Positions 1 through 11,300 of a stretch of 64,000 bases of DNA are shown one piece after another. Position 1 is the stretch's first letter. Each line of letters opens with the position of its first letter. The stretch is from Octopus sinensis. Its lineage: Eukaryota. The stretch spans positions 135,160,001-135,224,000 of the forward strand of contig NC_043001.1 of NCBI RefSeq assembly GCF_006345805.1. The letters run 5' to 3'. The translations under genes and the position numbers were made by a program. Under the pieces are notes generated by a model. That model made no database searches, was not told the DNA's origin, and saw only the letters and a program-made list of their open reading frames with translations.

Positions 1-279
1 CTAAAAGCTCCATGAGGCTCCAGCAGGGGATGGTGGTGATCCCTGATGTACTCTTTCACCACCACTTTCTCTCACTCTTACTTCCTGTTTCTGTTGTACC
101 TGTATTTCAAAGGGCCGGCCTTGTCACTCTCTGTGTCACGCTGAATATCCCCGAGAACTACGTTAAGGGTACACGTGTGTGTGGAGTGCTCAGCCACTTA
201 CACGTTAATTTCACGAGCAGGCTGTTCCGTTGATCGGATCAACCGGAACCCTCATCGTCGTAACCGACGGAGTGCTTCC
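1..279 (+). mobile_element. SINE family A, tail X; 5' part lies outside the window
   Basis: Near-identical to the body and tail of the complete copy at 20115-20495 (GGTGATCCCTG...CGTCGTAACCGACGGAGTGCTTCC). Confidence 0.85.
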
Positions 280-681
280 CCTTTGTAGTTATCTTTGGTG
301 CTTAGGTATAAACACTGCTGTATATTTACTTCTGGTGTTTAGATATAAACACTACAGTTACCTCTGGGGTTTAGATATAAACTCAACTTTATAGTTATGT
401 TGGAGTTTTAGCCATCAATAATACTTACTAATTTGTAGTATCTTGGAGGGTCATTCTGCCAGTGACAGACATACACACTGGCTCACTTTCACTTCATCAT
501 CTAATTGTCAACTGATCAATCATTTAACCAATGAACTGATCAATTGTTTGACTAATTGTTCAATCAGTCAATCAATCAATCAATCAATCAAGATTTTCAG
601 ATGACAAAAGAACTTGCACAAATCTGATTGATTGACTGAATGAGTACTCAAAGAATTGATTAGTTAATTGGTTATATATAT

Positions 682-979
682 ATTTTTTTTTCCAACCAGA
701 CCATCAGATGTTGTTACACATCGCTGGTCACAATGCGTTTGCGTTGTTTTAGCCTTCGAATGACGCCACCCCGCTGGCTAAGCGAGCAGGCCAACAGAAG
801 AAAGAGTGGAAGAAAGAGTGGTGAAAGAGTACAGCAGGGATCACCACCCCCTGCCGGAGCCTCGTGGAGCTTTTAGGTGTTTTCGCTCAATAAACACTCA
901 CAACGCCCAGTCTAGGAATCGAAACCGCGATCCTGCGACCGCGAGTTCGCTGCCCTAACCACTGGGCCATTGCGCCTCC
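682..979 (-). mobile_element. SINE family A head/body with alternative tail Y and poly(A)
   Basis: tRNA-like head GGAGGCGCAATGGCCCAGTGGTTAGGG...GGTTTCGATTCC on minus strand; T-run at 682-691; 13-bp direct repeat AATTGGTTATATA at 666-678 and 982-994 (TSD). Confidence 0.85.
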
Positions 980-1032
980 ACAATTGGTTATATAGTTAAC
1001 CAATTGATAGATAGATAATAAAGAACTGAATT

Positions 1033-1710
1033 AGAATACAAAAGTCACCATGATAGGCTAGGACAATATTTACATTGGAAAATATGTAAACGCTACAAAA
1101 TTGGCACTCCTGCTTACTTGTATGAGTATCATCCTGAGCCAGTTGTTGAAAGTAAAAATGTCACTATCCTCTGGGATTTTCCAGTATCCACCGACAAAAC
1201 AATTTAGGCTCACCAACCAGACATAATTATTAAAGACTGGGAAGAAAATACTTGTAGACTAATAGATGTAAGTGTTCTCACTGATAAAAATATATCTGTA
1301 AAGGAATTTGACAAATCAAAAGTAAATATGAGGACCTGGAAATTGAACTACAAAAGATGTGGTATCTTAAAGCAAGAACTGTTCCTGTTATTGTAGGTGC
1401 CCTAGCGTTGATTTAAAAAATGGATGTCAGAAACATCTAGATAACATCCCTGGAGAACCATGTCTCAGAGAAATCCAAAAGATTGTATTGACAAGTACTG
1501 CCTACATCCTTAGGAAAACTCTGTCAATTTAAATGTCTGTGTTGTATTACATGAAGATATTTCACTACTGCCTCTTCCACTTCCCCTCCCCAAGCTTTCA
1601 GTCATACTGTAACATCTCTTAACCTTCACTCACCCTAGGATACTGGGTGTGTTTCAGCAAGTGATTGTAACAAACATGCAGATTAAAAGTAAATAGCAAT
1701 AATAATATTG
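1033..1710 (+). mobile_element. Decayed 3' fragment of R4/Dong-type (RLE) non-LTR retrotransposon
   Basis: Manual translation EYKSHHDRLGQYLHWKICKRYKI...VTILWDFPVSTDKT...PDIIIKD...LIDVSV...VPVIVGAL...EIQKIVLTSTAYILRKTLSI* (stop ~1530-1532), homologous to the ORF at 46099-47010; contains stops and frameshifts. Confidence 0.85.
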
Positions 1711-2302
1711 AAGCAAAAAGCGGAGATCAAGTAAGTAAATAGCGTGTGTGTTCATTGGCAAAAGATGACCATCTCCAAATATAGCAATCTTATAATTGCC
1801 CTGGTGTCAACTATAAAGTATTTTCCCTTGCACATCGCAAACTGGTTGGGTGGATGAGGAAGAAGGACTGGAAAATTGTTCAGCATGGTGCCAAAGAGTG
1901 GGACACAACAGAATCATACAAAAAAGAGAAAGAGAGAGATCGCTGTGTCAGGTGTATATGCGTAGAGGTGGTTTATGCAACTTGTTTATTCAGAGGAGCA
2001 GAGACTATTGTAGTAGTGGGAGAACAGGCACAGAGAGGAGACATAGTGAGTGTGTGTGTGTGTGTGTGTGTGCATGTGGCCTACAGATTGTGTGTTGGTG
2101 AGTGAGACTTTATCAATCAGCATGTGATATATATTGAGTAGCAGTGAGAAGAGATAATATTTCTGTAGGTCATCAGTTGTAGTGAGCTACAAAGCCCTTG
2201 ACCTAGCAAAGTTCTTAAGCACAGTCATGTAGACATCCACACAAGCTTTATAATTTGTATCATGGTGTTTTGGAATCAGAAAAGTCTGATAATAAATATC
2301 TT

Positions 2303-2712
2303 TTATTCTTTTACTTGTTTCAGCTATTAGACTGTGGCCATGCTGGGGCACTGCCTTGAAGAATTTTTAGTTGAATGAATCGACACAAGTACTTTAATTT
2401 TTTTAAGCCTGGTATTTATTCTATCAGTCTGTTTTGCCAAACTGCTAAGTTACAGGAACATAAATACACCAATGCCAGTTGTCAAGCTGTGGAGGGGGGG
2501 GGCAAACACAAACAGAAAGACACACACACACGTACACACACACACACAACACACACACACACATATTGACTCATCCCCAAAATAATATGATTTTTCCAAT
2601 TGCATGAATTAAAAGTTGGAGGAGAATGAGATGAATTACCTGCATCAACTTGCTGTAATTTTACTTTGTACTTATTCTTAGTGCAAGTTTTGAAGAGTGC
2701 AGTTCGATTTTA

Positions 2713-2777
<65 letters not shown>

Positions 2778-2935
2778 ACGGGCTTAGTTAAGTTTCCTTC
2801 CACCAAATCCACTCACAAGGCTTTGGTTGGCCTGAGGCTATAGTATAAGACACTGGCCCAAGATGCCACACAGTGGGACTGAACCTGGAAACATGTAGTT
2901 GGGAAGCAAGCTTCTTACCACACAGCTGCGTCTGT
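2303..2935 (-). mobile_element. SINE family C, interrupted in its internal microsatellite
   Basis: Tail half 2303-2570 and head half 2776-2935 match other C copies; separated by ~140 bp of unique sequence and (TA)n 2717-2775. Confidence 0.75.
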
Positions 2936-3542
2936 ACCTAAGTATGAATATAAAACTTAAAGGTTGCCTGCATATTGAAATGTTCCGGATTGAATTCCAA
3001 TAGTTTATTATCAATAATGTTACTTGAAGTAGCAGATAGGAAGGGGTTAGAGGTGAGAATATAAAATGTAAAAGTAACATTACAAGGGCTAATTTCTACT
3101 TCAAGTGTATTTTTGTCAGTGACAGATTCTAAGACATAACATCAATATACCTGGTGAAGGCACATATAGCATTACTGAAATCTCATTCTCAATAAACAGA
3201 ACATCCTTCCTATGAAAGCTTACCATTTATATTTAGTCAAAAGAATTCAATACTCTGCAGGTTGTCTAATCCATTCAGATCTTTTTCTTTATTCAGTTTT
3301 CTCTGCTGCTTTCTGAATTGATTCAGCTGTATGAAGTGAATTCAGATCATTCCCATTAAGGGACATAAAGAAAAGGTGGTAGTGGTGGGTGGGTGTATAG
3401 GTGAGGGTTTCATATGGGACAATTTGGATTTTGGTATTTAAATGTAGGATGAGGTGTATGTAAGTGTGTGTGTGTGTGTGTGTTTTTGCCTATGAATAAG
3501 AAAGAAGACAAAGAGTTTCTCTCTCTGTCTGTTTGTCTCTCT

Positions 3543-3581
<39 letters not shown>

Positions 3582-3603
3582 AACACACACACACACACAC
3601 ATG

Positions 3604-3856
3604 CATCATCATCATCATCATCATTATCATTTAACATCCGCTTTCCATGCTAGCATGGGTTGGACGATTTGACTGAAGTCTGGCGAACCAGAAGGCTGCA
3701 CCAGACTCCAATCTGATCTGGCAGAGTTTCTACAGCTGGATGCCCTTCCTAATACCAACCACTCCGAGAGTATAGTGGGTGCTTTTACATGCCACCGGCA
3801 TAAGGGCCAGTCAGGCGGTTACTGGCAACGGCCACGCTCAGATGGTGCTTTTTATG
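3604..3856 (-). mobile_element. SINE family B (AGGAAGGGCATCC core, (GAT)n tail)
   Basis: Matches copies at 20669, 29091, 37305 and 63205; (CAT)n on plus strand is the (GAT)n 3' tail. Confidence 0.8.
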
Positions 3857-3869
3857 TATTTGTGTATCT

Positions 3870-4040
3870 GTGTTTGTCCCCCCCACCATCACTTGACAAC
3901 CAATATTGGTGTGTTTACATCTCTGTAACTTAGCAGTTCGGCAAAAGAGACCAATAGAATAAGTACTAGGCTTACAAAGAACAAGTCCTGGAGTTGATTT
4001 GTTCAACTAAAGGCAGTGTTCCAGCATGGCTGCATTCAAA
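3870..4040 (+). mobile_element. SINE family C 3' half
   Basis: CTTGACAACC...CTCCAGCATGG...GACTGAAAC tail shared with complete C copies. Confidence 0.75.
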
Positions 4041-4100
4041 TGACTGAAACCAATAAAAGAATATATATATATATATATATATAATATATATATATATATA

Positions 4101-4328
4101 TGAAAAAACAAGTCAAGATAGAAAATGTTAAAATAATTTTATAAAGAACATTTCAGTACCGGTTTCAGTCATTTGAGACCTTTTCAACTGTAAGGATTAA
4201 ATAATTAAATTTAGAAAAATTAAAAGAAAAGTTTTTTTAAAAGAATATTTGTATAGTGTTTCAAATATAAGTGGCAGTTTCCTTGTTTCTGCCTTTCTCT
4301 GTCTCTCTTGTTTACACTTGTGGGTTCG

Positions 4329-4331
<3 letters not shown>
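4101..4331 (-). mobile_element. Short element between (TA)n tracts carrying a minimal hammerhead-like motif (Penelope/retrozyme-like)
   Basis: Flanked by (TA)n at 4062-4100 and 4332-4362; hammerhead-like motif at 4154-4190. Confidence 0.45.
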
Positions 4332-4367
<36 letters not shown>

Positions 4368-4854
4368 CTAAAGTACACTTCCCAACTATATGGTTTTGAG
4401 CTTAGTCTTACTGTGTGGACTTTGGGGGCAAGTGTCTTCTACTGCAGAACCTACTGCTCTCCCTGTCTTCATCTCCTTTATAACTTCACTAACCTACTGA
4501 AACAAGCCTCATTATCTGATATCTCAGTTCGTTAGCCATGAGGTTGACCCTCAGTATTTCATTTCTACAACTCATTCAACAACTTCTCATAGTCATACTT
4601 CTCTATTTTCACACTCACTGAAGATGTTTCAGCATTATTTAAGATAATATCCCTTTATTTACACTGACAGTGTATCAATGTCATTTTGGACAATGATTCT
4701 GTATTGTCACAGAAGCTGGATATAATCCTTCCTAATAACACCATAATTTACACAACAGAATAGTGACAGTTCTAAACACTTCAAATTTTAAAACTGGAAG
4801 AAATGATGCTAAGAATTTTGTTTGGCATGCTAACACTTCTACCAGCTCATAACC

Positions 4855-5085
4855 TTAACTTTTTTGATACCAACCTGGCTGAAACCGCCTCTGGCACTGT
4901 AGTACGAATGTCTTGTTTTCAAAAGTTCTGAATTAAAATCTTCCACCAAACCTTAGTCACAATTTATGTTCCCTAACATTAGCTTAATGATAACTAAGTT
5001 ATTTTACTAATTTTCTTGTTATATTTAAAATTAATTGAAAGAAACACAGAGCATCTCAACAGAAATATGGTAACAAAAGGGTTAA
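4855..5085. mobile_element. piggyBac-like MITE
   Basis: Ends TTAACTTTTTTGATACC and GGTAACAAAAGGGTTAA are imperfect inverted repeats with TTAA at both termini. Confidence 0.5.
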
Positions 5086-5192
5086 TATTGGTTTCAAATT
5101 TTGGCACAAGACCTGCAAGTTTGGGGGAAGGGGTCAGTCAATTACATCAACCTCAGTGTTCAACTGGTACTTATTTTATCGACCCTTAAAGG

Positions 5193-5485
5193 ATCATCAT
5201 CATCATCATCATCATCATTTAGCGTCTGCTTTCCATGCTAGCATGGGTTGGACGGTGCAACTGGGGTCTGGGAAACCAGAAGGCTGCACCAGGCCCATCT
5301 GATCTGGATGATCTTCCTAACGCCAACCACTCCATGAGTTTAGTGGGTACTTTTTACGTGCCACCGGCACAGGTGCCAGTCGGGGCTGGCAAACGGCCAC
5401 GGTCGGATGGTGCTTTTTACGTGCCACCGGCACAGGGTCAGGCGAGGCTGGCAACGGCCACGATCGGATGGTGCTTTTTACATGC
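5193..5485 (-). mobile_element. SINE family B with ~62-bp internal tandem repeat
   Basis: B tail and core plus repeated GGTGCTTTTTACGTGCCACCGGCAC anchors at 5345-5485. Confidence 0.8.
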
Positions 5486-6149
5486 AGAATTTGAACTCAG
5501 AACATAAAGACAGACAAAATGCCAAAAAGCATTTGTTTTTTTTTTTTATTTTGTCCAGAATGCAAATGATTCTGTCAGCTTGCCGCCTGAATCACCACCT
5601 TAATGTTGACGATATAATTCAAATTGACAATATAATAACAATTATGTAAAAATAAAAGCAAACCTTTTAGAAGAAACAAATTAAAAAATACAAAACGTGG
5701 TAAATGCTGGTTGATTAAACAGATATAGAGAAAAAGTTGTGAATTTTTTCATAAAATGTCTGAACAAGAGATTTTTTTTTTGTTTATTTATTTATTTTAT
5801 TAAAATCAATAACAATGTATTTTTAGTAAGATGATAATTGTTGAATGAAAATATTGGCAGAGATTAGCATTTCAATTAAAAATGACAGATGCTATCCATT
5901 TTTGCAGTGAAGAATGTGGCAAAGTGATGGAGTGGTGAGGTAGCAGGGTGGCAGAGAGAGAGAGAGAGAGGGGGGGGAAGAGAGAGGGGGAGGGAGAGAG
6001 TGAGTGACAGAATGGGGATGTGGAAGTGTTGCCAGAGCTGGAGGCACGGAATAGAATGGCACAGAGGAGTGAAGCAGTGGAGTTGCAGTCTGTTGTGTTT
6101 TCCAAGAAGAGAACCATATCTGAAAATATTTTACAATGGCAGTATAAGC

Positions 6150-6151
6150 CG

Positions 6152-6239
<88 letters not shown>

Positions 6240-6255
6240 GTTGTTGTTGTTGTTG

Positions 6256-6343
<88 letters not shown>

Positions 6344-6362
6344 GTTGTTGTTGTTGTTGTTG

Positions 6363-6412
<50 letters not shown>

Positions 6413-6540
6413 ATTGTTATTGTTGTTGCTGCTGATGATGATGATCATGATGATGATCATGATGATGATCATGATGATCATGACTAGTATTGGTGGTGGT
6501 GGTGGTAGTGGTGGCAGTGGTGGTGGTGGTGGTAATGATC
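6150..6540. repeat. Compound trinucleotide microsatellite (GTT)n(GCT)n(GAT)n(GGT)n
   Basis: Read directly; explains the homopolymer ORFs in the track. Confidence 0.95.
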
Positions 6541-6916
6541 TGTTGTAGGTGTTTAGCCCTAGGGCTGCACTGATTCAGCAGACCTATGATCGAAGAGACT
6601 CCAATTATGACCACCCTGTGTCTTCTTCATATACCTAACTTGGATAACATTATATCCGAAGTGTCTTTTTTTTTTCCATTTTAAGATGATAGTGTAATCT
6701 AAGGAAAATCTGGTTGCTGTTTTTAGCATGCAGAGAATTCTATTCTGGGCTCAAAATAAATAGTATGGTAAACAGACCATCATGGAGTCAATGCGGAAGC
6801 CTTTATACAGTCAAGTGCCCATCTCCCACTCACTGACTCCATGATAGTGATGAAGATGCTATCTCAAGGCTGATTTTTGAAAAGGTTGGGGTTCAGTTAT
6901 TTAAAGCCACCAGTAT

Positions 6917-7066
6917 AATCCTCCTCCTCCCCCCCTCATCATCATCATCATCATCATCATCATCCCCACCACCACCACCATTGCCACCTCCACCATCATC
7001 AGTACCACCACAACCACCATCGCCACCACTACTACCATCATCATCTTCATCATTACCACCACCACC

Positions 7067-7110
<44 letters not shown>
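6917..7110. repeat. Compound (CCT)n(CAT)n(CAC)n microsatellite
   Basis: Read directly. Confidence 0.9.
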
Positions 7111-7111
<1 letters not shown>

Positions 7112-8024
7112 TTCCCCAATCTCATGTCATGGGTTGGCCAGGTCTGTACTAACAGTGTCTCACCACGTGCCATCATGGGCCTTCCTCAATTTTGTAGACA
7201 CATGCAAAAAAAAAAACAAACATACACAGTTGTGTATGTCATCTTATCGTTACAGTTGTTGTCGTTGTTGTTGTTGCTGCTGCCCATATTGATGTTGTTG
7301 TTCTCGTAGTATTCTATACGACAACATATTATAGTTGCTTTAGCATTCTGTATGATAATATACTGTCGTAGCAGTTGTTTCAGCGTTCTTCATAGAAATA
7401 TATCGTTGTTTCATTTCTTCGTCATCGTCGTCATCATTATAGTTATGACAGCTAAAGACATTATAATTTATGGAAACAACAGCCTTGTGGTAAATAGATG
7501 TTAGTGCAAGTCTTCTTAATTGACCTTTCAACCAAAACAGTGTTGTTATGACAACATAATCAGGAAACTTGCTGGAGACCATTGGCAACAGAAGAAATTA
7601 AACTGAACAACGTGTTTCTGGTGAGAGAGATGGAGAAACTGAGGGATGCGGAGAGGAAGATCGGAGTCGGAGAGAAGAAAATGAAGTTGTTGACGGTAGC
7701 AGCGTCATCATTATTATCATCATCATCATCCCATTACTACCATCACCACCACCACCACCACCATCGTCATCATTGTCGTCATCGTCATTTTAACATCTAC
7801 TTTTCCATGCCTACTGGAATCGGATGGGATTTGTTGAGGCATATTTTCTATGGATGGATGCCCTTCCTGTCACCAACACTCACCTGTTTCCAATTCATGT
7901 TTTCCACAAAGACTGGAAAGAAAGGACACTGCTTGCATGACAGGGATGCTCACTTACAACTATCAAGCAATGTCAAAGCAAGAAAACACTGACACACACA
8001 CACACATACATATATAAATATCAC

Positions 8025-8363
8025 TATCGTCATCATCATCACCATTATCATTTAATGTCCATTGTCCATAATGGCATGGGTTGGATGGTTTGACCAGGGC
8101 TGGCAAGCTGGAAGGCTGCACTAGACTCCAGTCTGATCTGACATGGTTTCTATAGCTGGATGCCCTTCCTAAAGCCAACCACTCTGAGAGAGTAATGGGT
8201 GCTGTTATGTGCCACTGGCACAGGTGCCATTTGCATGACACCAGTATCTGCCACCCCTGCAATTTTGCTTGGCTTGATAGGTTTTCTTCTCAAGCACGAC
8301 ATAATGCCAAAGGTTTCAGTCATTGCCTCCATGAGGCCCAACACTCAAAAAGAGATTTTCACA
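8025..8363 (-). mobile_element. SINE family B subfamily copy hosting the 87-bp satellite (left part; continues at 19651-19720)
   Basis: (CAT)n, CATGGGTTGGA and CTGGATGCCCTTCCTAA; segment 8255-8345 is homologous to 19660-19720 and to 31700-31790. Confidence 0.8.
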
Positions 8364-11300
8364 TGCCACCAGCATCAGCCAATTTTGCCTCCGTGAGGTC
8401 CAACACTGGAAAGGTGCTTTTTATGTGCCACCAGCATGAGTGCCAGTTATGTGTCACCAGCATCAGCCACTTTGCCTCCGTGAGGCCCAACACTGGAAAG
8501 GTGCTTTCTATGTGCCACCAGCATGAGTGCCAGTTATGTGTCACCAGCATCAGCCACTTTGCCTCCGTGAGGCCTAACACTGGAAAGGTGCTTTCTATGT
8601 GCCACCAGCATGAGTGCCAGTTATGTGTCACCAGCATCAGCCACTTTGCCTCCGTGAGGTCCAACACTGGAAAGGTGCTTTTTATGTGCCACCAGCATGA
8701 GTGCCAGTTGTGTCACCAGCATCAGCCACTTTGCCTCCGTGAGGCCAACACTGGAAAGGTGCTTTTTATGTGCCACCAGCATGAGTGCCAGTTATGTGTC
8801 ACCAGCATCAGCCACTTTGCCTCCGTGAGGCCCAACACTGGAAAGGTGCTTTTTATGTGCCACCAGCATGAGTGCCAGTTATGTGTCACCAGCATCAGCC
8901 ACTTTGCCTCCGTGAGGCCCAACACTGGAAAGGTGCTTTTTATGTGCCACCAGCATGAGTGCCAGTTATGTGTCACCAGCATCAGCCACTTTGCCTCCGT
9001 GAGGTCCAACACTGGAAAGGTGCTTTTTATGTGCCACCAGCATGAGTGCCAGTTATGTGTCACCAGCATCAGCCACTTTGCCTCCGTGAGGCCCAACACT
9101 GGAAAGGTGCTTTTTATGTGCCACCAGCATGAGTGCCAGTTATGTGTCACCAGCATCAGCCACTTTGCCTCCGTGAGGCCCAACACTGGAAGGTGCTTTT
9201 TATGTGCCACCAGCATGAGTGCCAGTTATGTGTCACCAGCATCAGCCACTTTGCCTCCGTGAGGTCCAACACTGGAAAGGTGCTTTTTATGTGCCACCAG
9301 CATGAGTGCCAGTTATGTGTCACCAGCATCAGCCACTTTGCCTCCGTGAGGTCCAACACTGGAAAGGTGCTTTTTATGTGCCACCAGCATGAGTGCCAGT
9401 TATGTGTCACCAGCATCAGCCACTTTGCCTCCGTGAGGTCCAACACTGGAAAGGTGCTTTTTATGTGCCACCAGCATGAGTGCCAGTTATGTGTCACCAG
9501 CATCAGCCACTTTGCCTCCGTGAGGTCCAACACTGGAAAGGTGCTTTTTATGTGCCACCAGCATGAGTGCCAGTTATGTGTCACCAGCATCAGCCACTTT
9601 GCCTCCGTGAGGTCCAACACTGGAAAGGTGCTTTTTATGTGCCACCAGCATGAGTGCCAGTTATGTGTCACCAGCATCAGCCACTTTGCCTCCGTGAGGC
9701 CCAACACTGGAAAGGTGCTTTTTATGTGCCACCAGCATGAGTGCCAGTTATGTGTCACCAGCATCAGCCACTTTGCCTCCGTGAGGCCTAACACTGGAAA
9801 GGTGCTTTTTATGTGCCACCAGCATGAGTGCCAGTTATGTGTCACCAGCATCAGTCACTTTGCCTCCGTGAGGCCCAACACTGGAAAGGTGCTTTTTATG
9901 TGCCACCAGCATGAGTGCCAGTTATGTGTCACCAGCATCAGCCACTTTGCCTCCGTGAGGCCCAACACTGGAAAGGTGCTTTTTATGTGCCACCAGCATG
10001 AGTGCCAGTTATGTGTCACCAGCATCAGCCACTTTGCCTCCGTGAGGCCCAACACTGGAAAGGTGCTTTTTATGTGCCACCAGCATGAGTGCCAGTTATG
10101 TGTCACCAGCATCAGCCACTTTGCCTCCGTGAGGCCCAACACTGGAAAGGTGCTTTTTATGTGCCACCAGCATGAGTGCCAGTTATGTGTCACCAGCATC
10201 AGTCACTTTGCCTCCGTGAGGCCCAACACTGGAAAGGTGCTTTTTATGTGCCACCAGCATGAGTGCCAGTTATGTGTCACCAGCATCAGCCACTTTGCCT
10301 CCGTGAGGCCCAACACTGGAAAGGTGCTTTTTATGTGCCACCAGCATGAGTGCCAGTTATGTGTCACCAGCATCAGCCACTTTGCCTCCGTGAGGCCCAC
10401 ACTGGAAAGGTGCTTTTTATGTGCCACCAGCATGAGTGCCAGTTATGTGTCACCAGCACATCAGTCACTTTGCCTCCGTGAGGCCCAACACTGGAAAGGT
10501 GCTTTTTATGTGCCACCAGCATGAGTGCCAGTTATGTGTCCCCAGCATCAGCCACTTTGCCTCCGTGAGGCCAACACTGGAAAGGTGCTTTTTATGTGCC
10601 ACCAGCATGAGTGCCAGTTATGTGTCACCAGCATCAGCCACTTTGCCTCCGTGAGGCCCAACACTGGAAAGGTGCTTTCTATGTGCCACCAGCATGAGTG
10701 CCAGTTATGTGTCACCAGCATCAGCCACTTTGCCTCCGTGAGGCCTAACACTGGAAAGGTGCTTTTATGTGCCACCAGCATGAGTGCCATTATGTGTCAC
10801 CAGCATCAGCCACTTTGCCTCCGTGAGGCCCAACACTGGAAAGGTGCTTTTTATGTGCCACCAGCATGAGTGCCAGTTATGTGTCACCAGCATCAGTCAC
10901 TTTGCCCCGTGAGGCCCAACACTGGAAAGGTGCTTTTTATGTGCCACCAGCATGAGTGCCAGTTATGTGTCACCAGCATCAGCCACTTGCCTCCGTGAGG
11001 CCCAACACTGGAAGGTGCTTTTTATGTGCCACCAGCATGAGTGCCAGTTATGTGTCACCAGCATCAGCCACTTTGCCTCCGTGAGGCCCAACACTGGAAA
11101 GGTGCTTTTTTGTGCCACCAGCATGAGTGCCAGTTATGTGTCACCAGCATCACCACTTTGCCTCCGTGAGGCCCAACACTGGAAAGGTGCTTTTTATGTG
11201 CCACCAGATGAGTGCCAGTTATGTGTCACCAGCATCAGCCACTTTGCCTCCGTGAGGCCCAACACTGGAAGGTGCTTTTTATGTGCCACCAGCATGAGTG

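Noticed and set aside
295-415. Short degenerate tandem (TGGTGTTTAGATATAAACACT-like, three or four copies)
   Set aside because: An ordinary decayed minisatellite with no further structure.
2630-2713. Minus-strand exon ending GCAG|GTAATT (RTALFKTCTKNKYKVKLQQVDA)
   Set aside because: No acceptor AG or polypyrimidine tract before the adjacent (TA)n; short frame without homology.
6000-7309. Poly-L/C/V/Q/P ORFs
   Set aside because: Translations of trinucleotide microsatellites.
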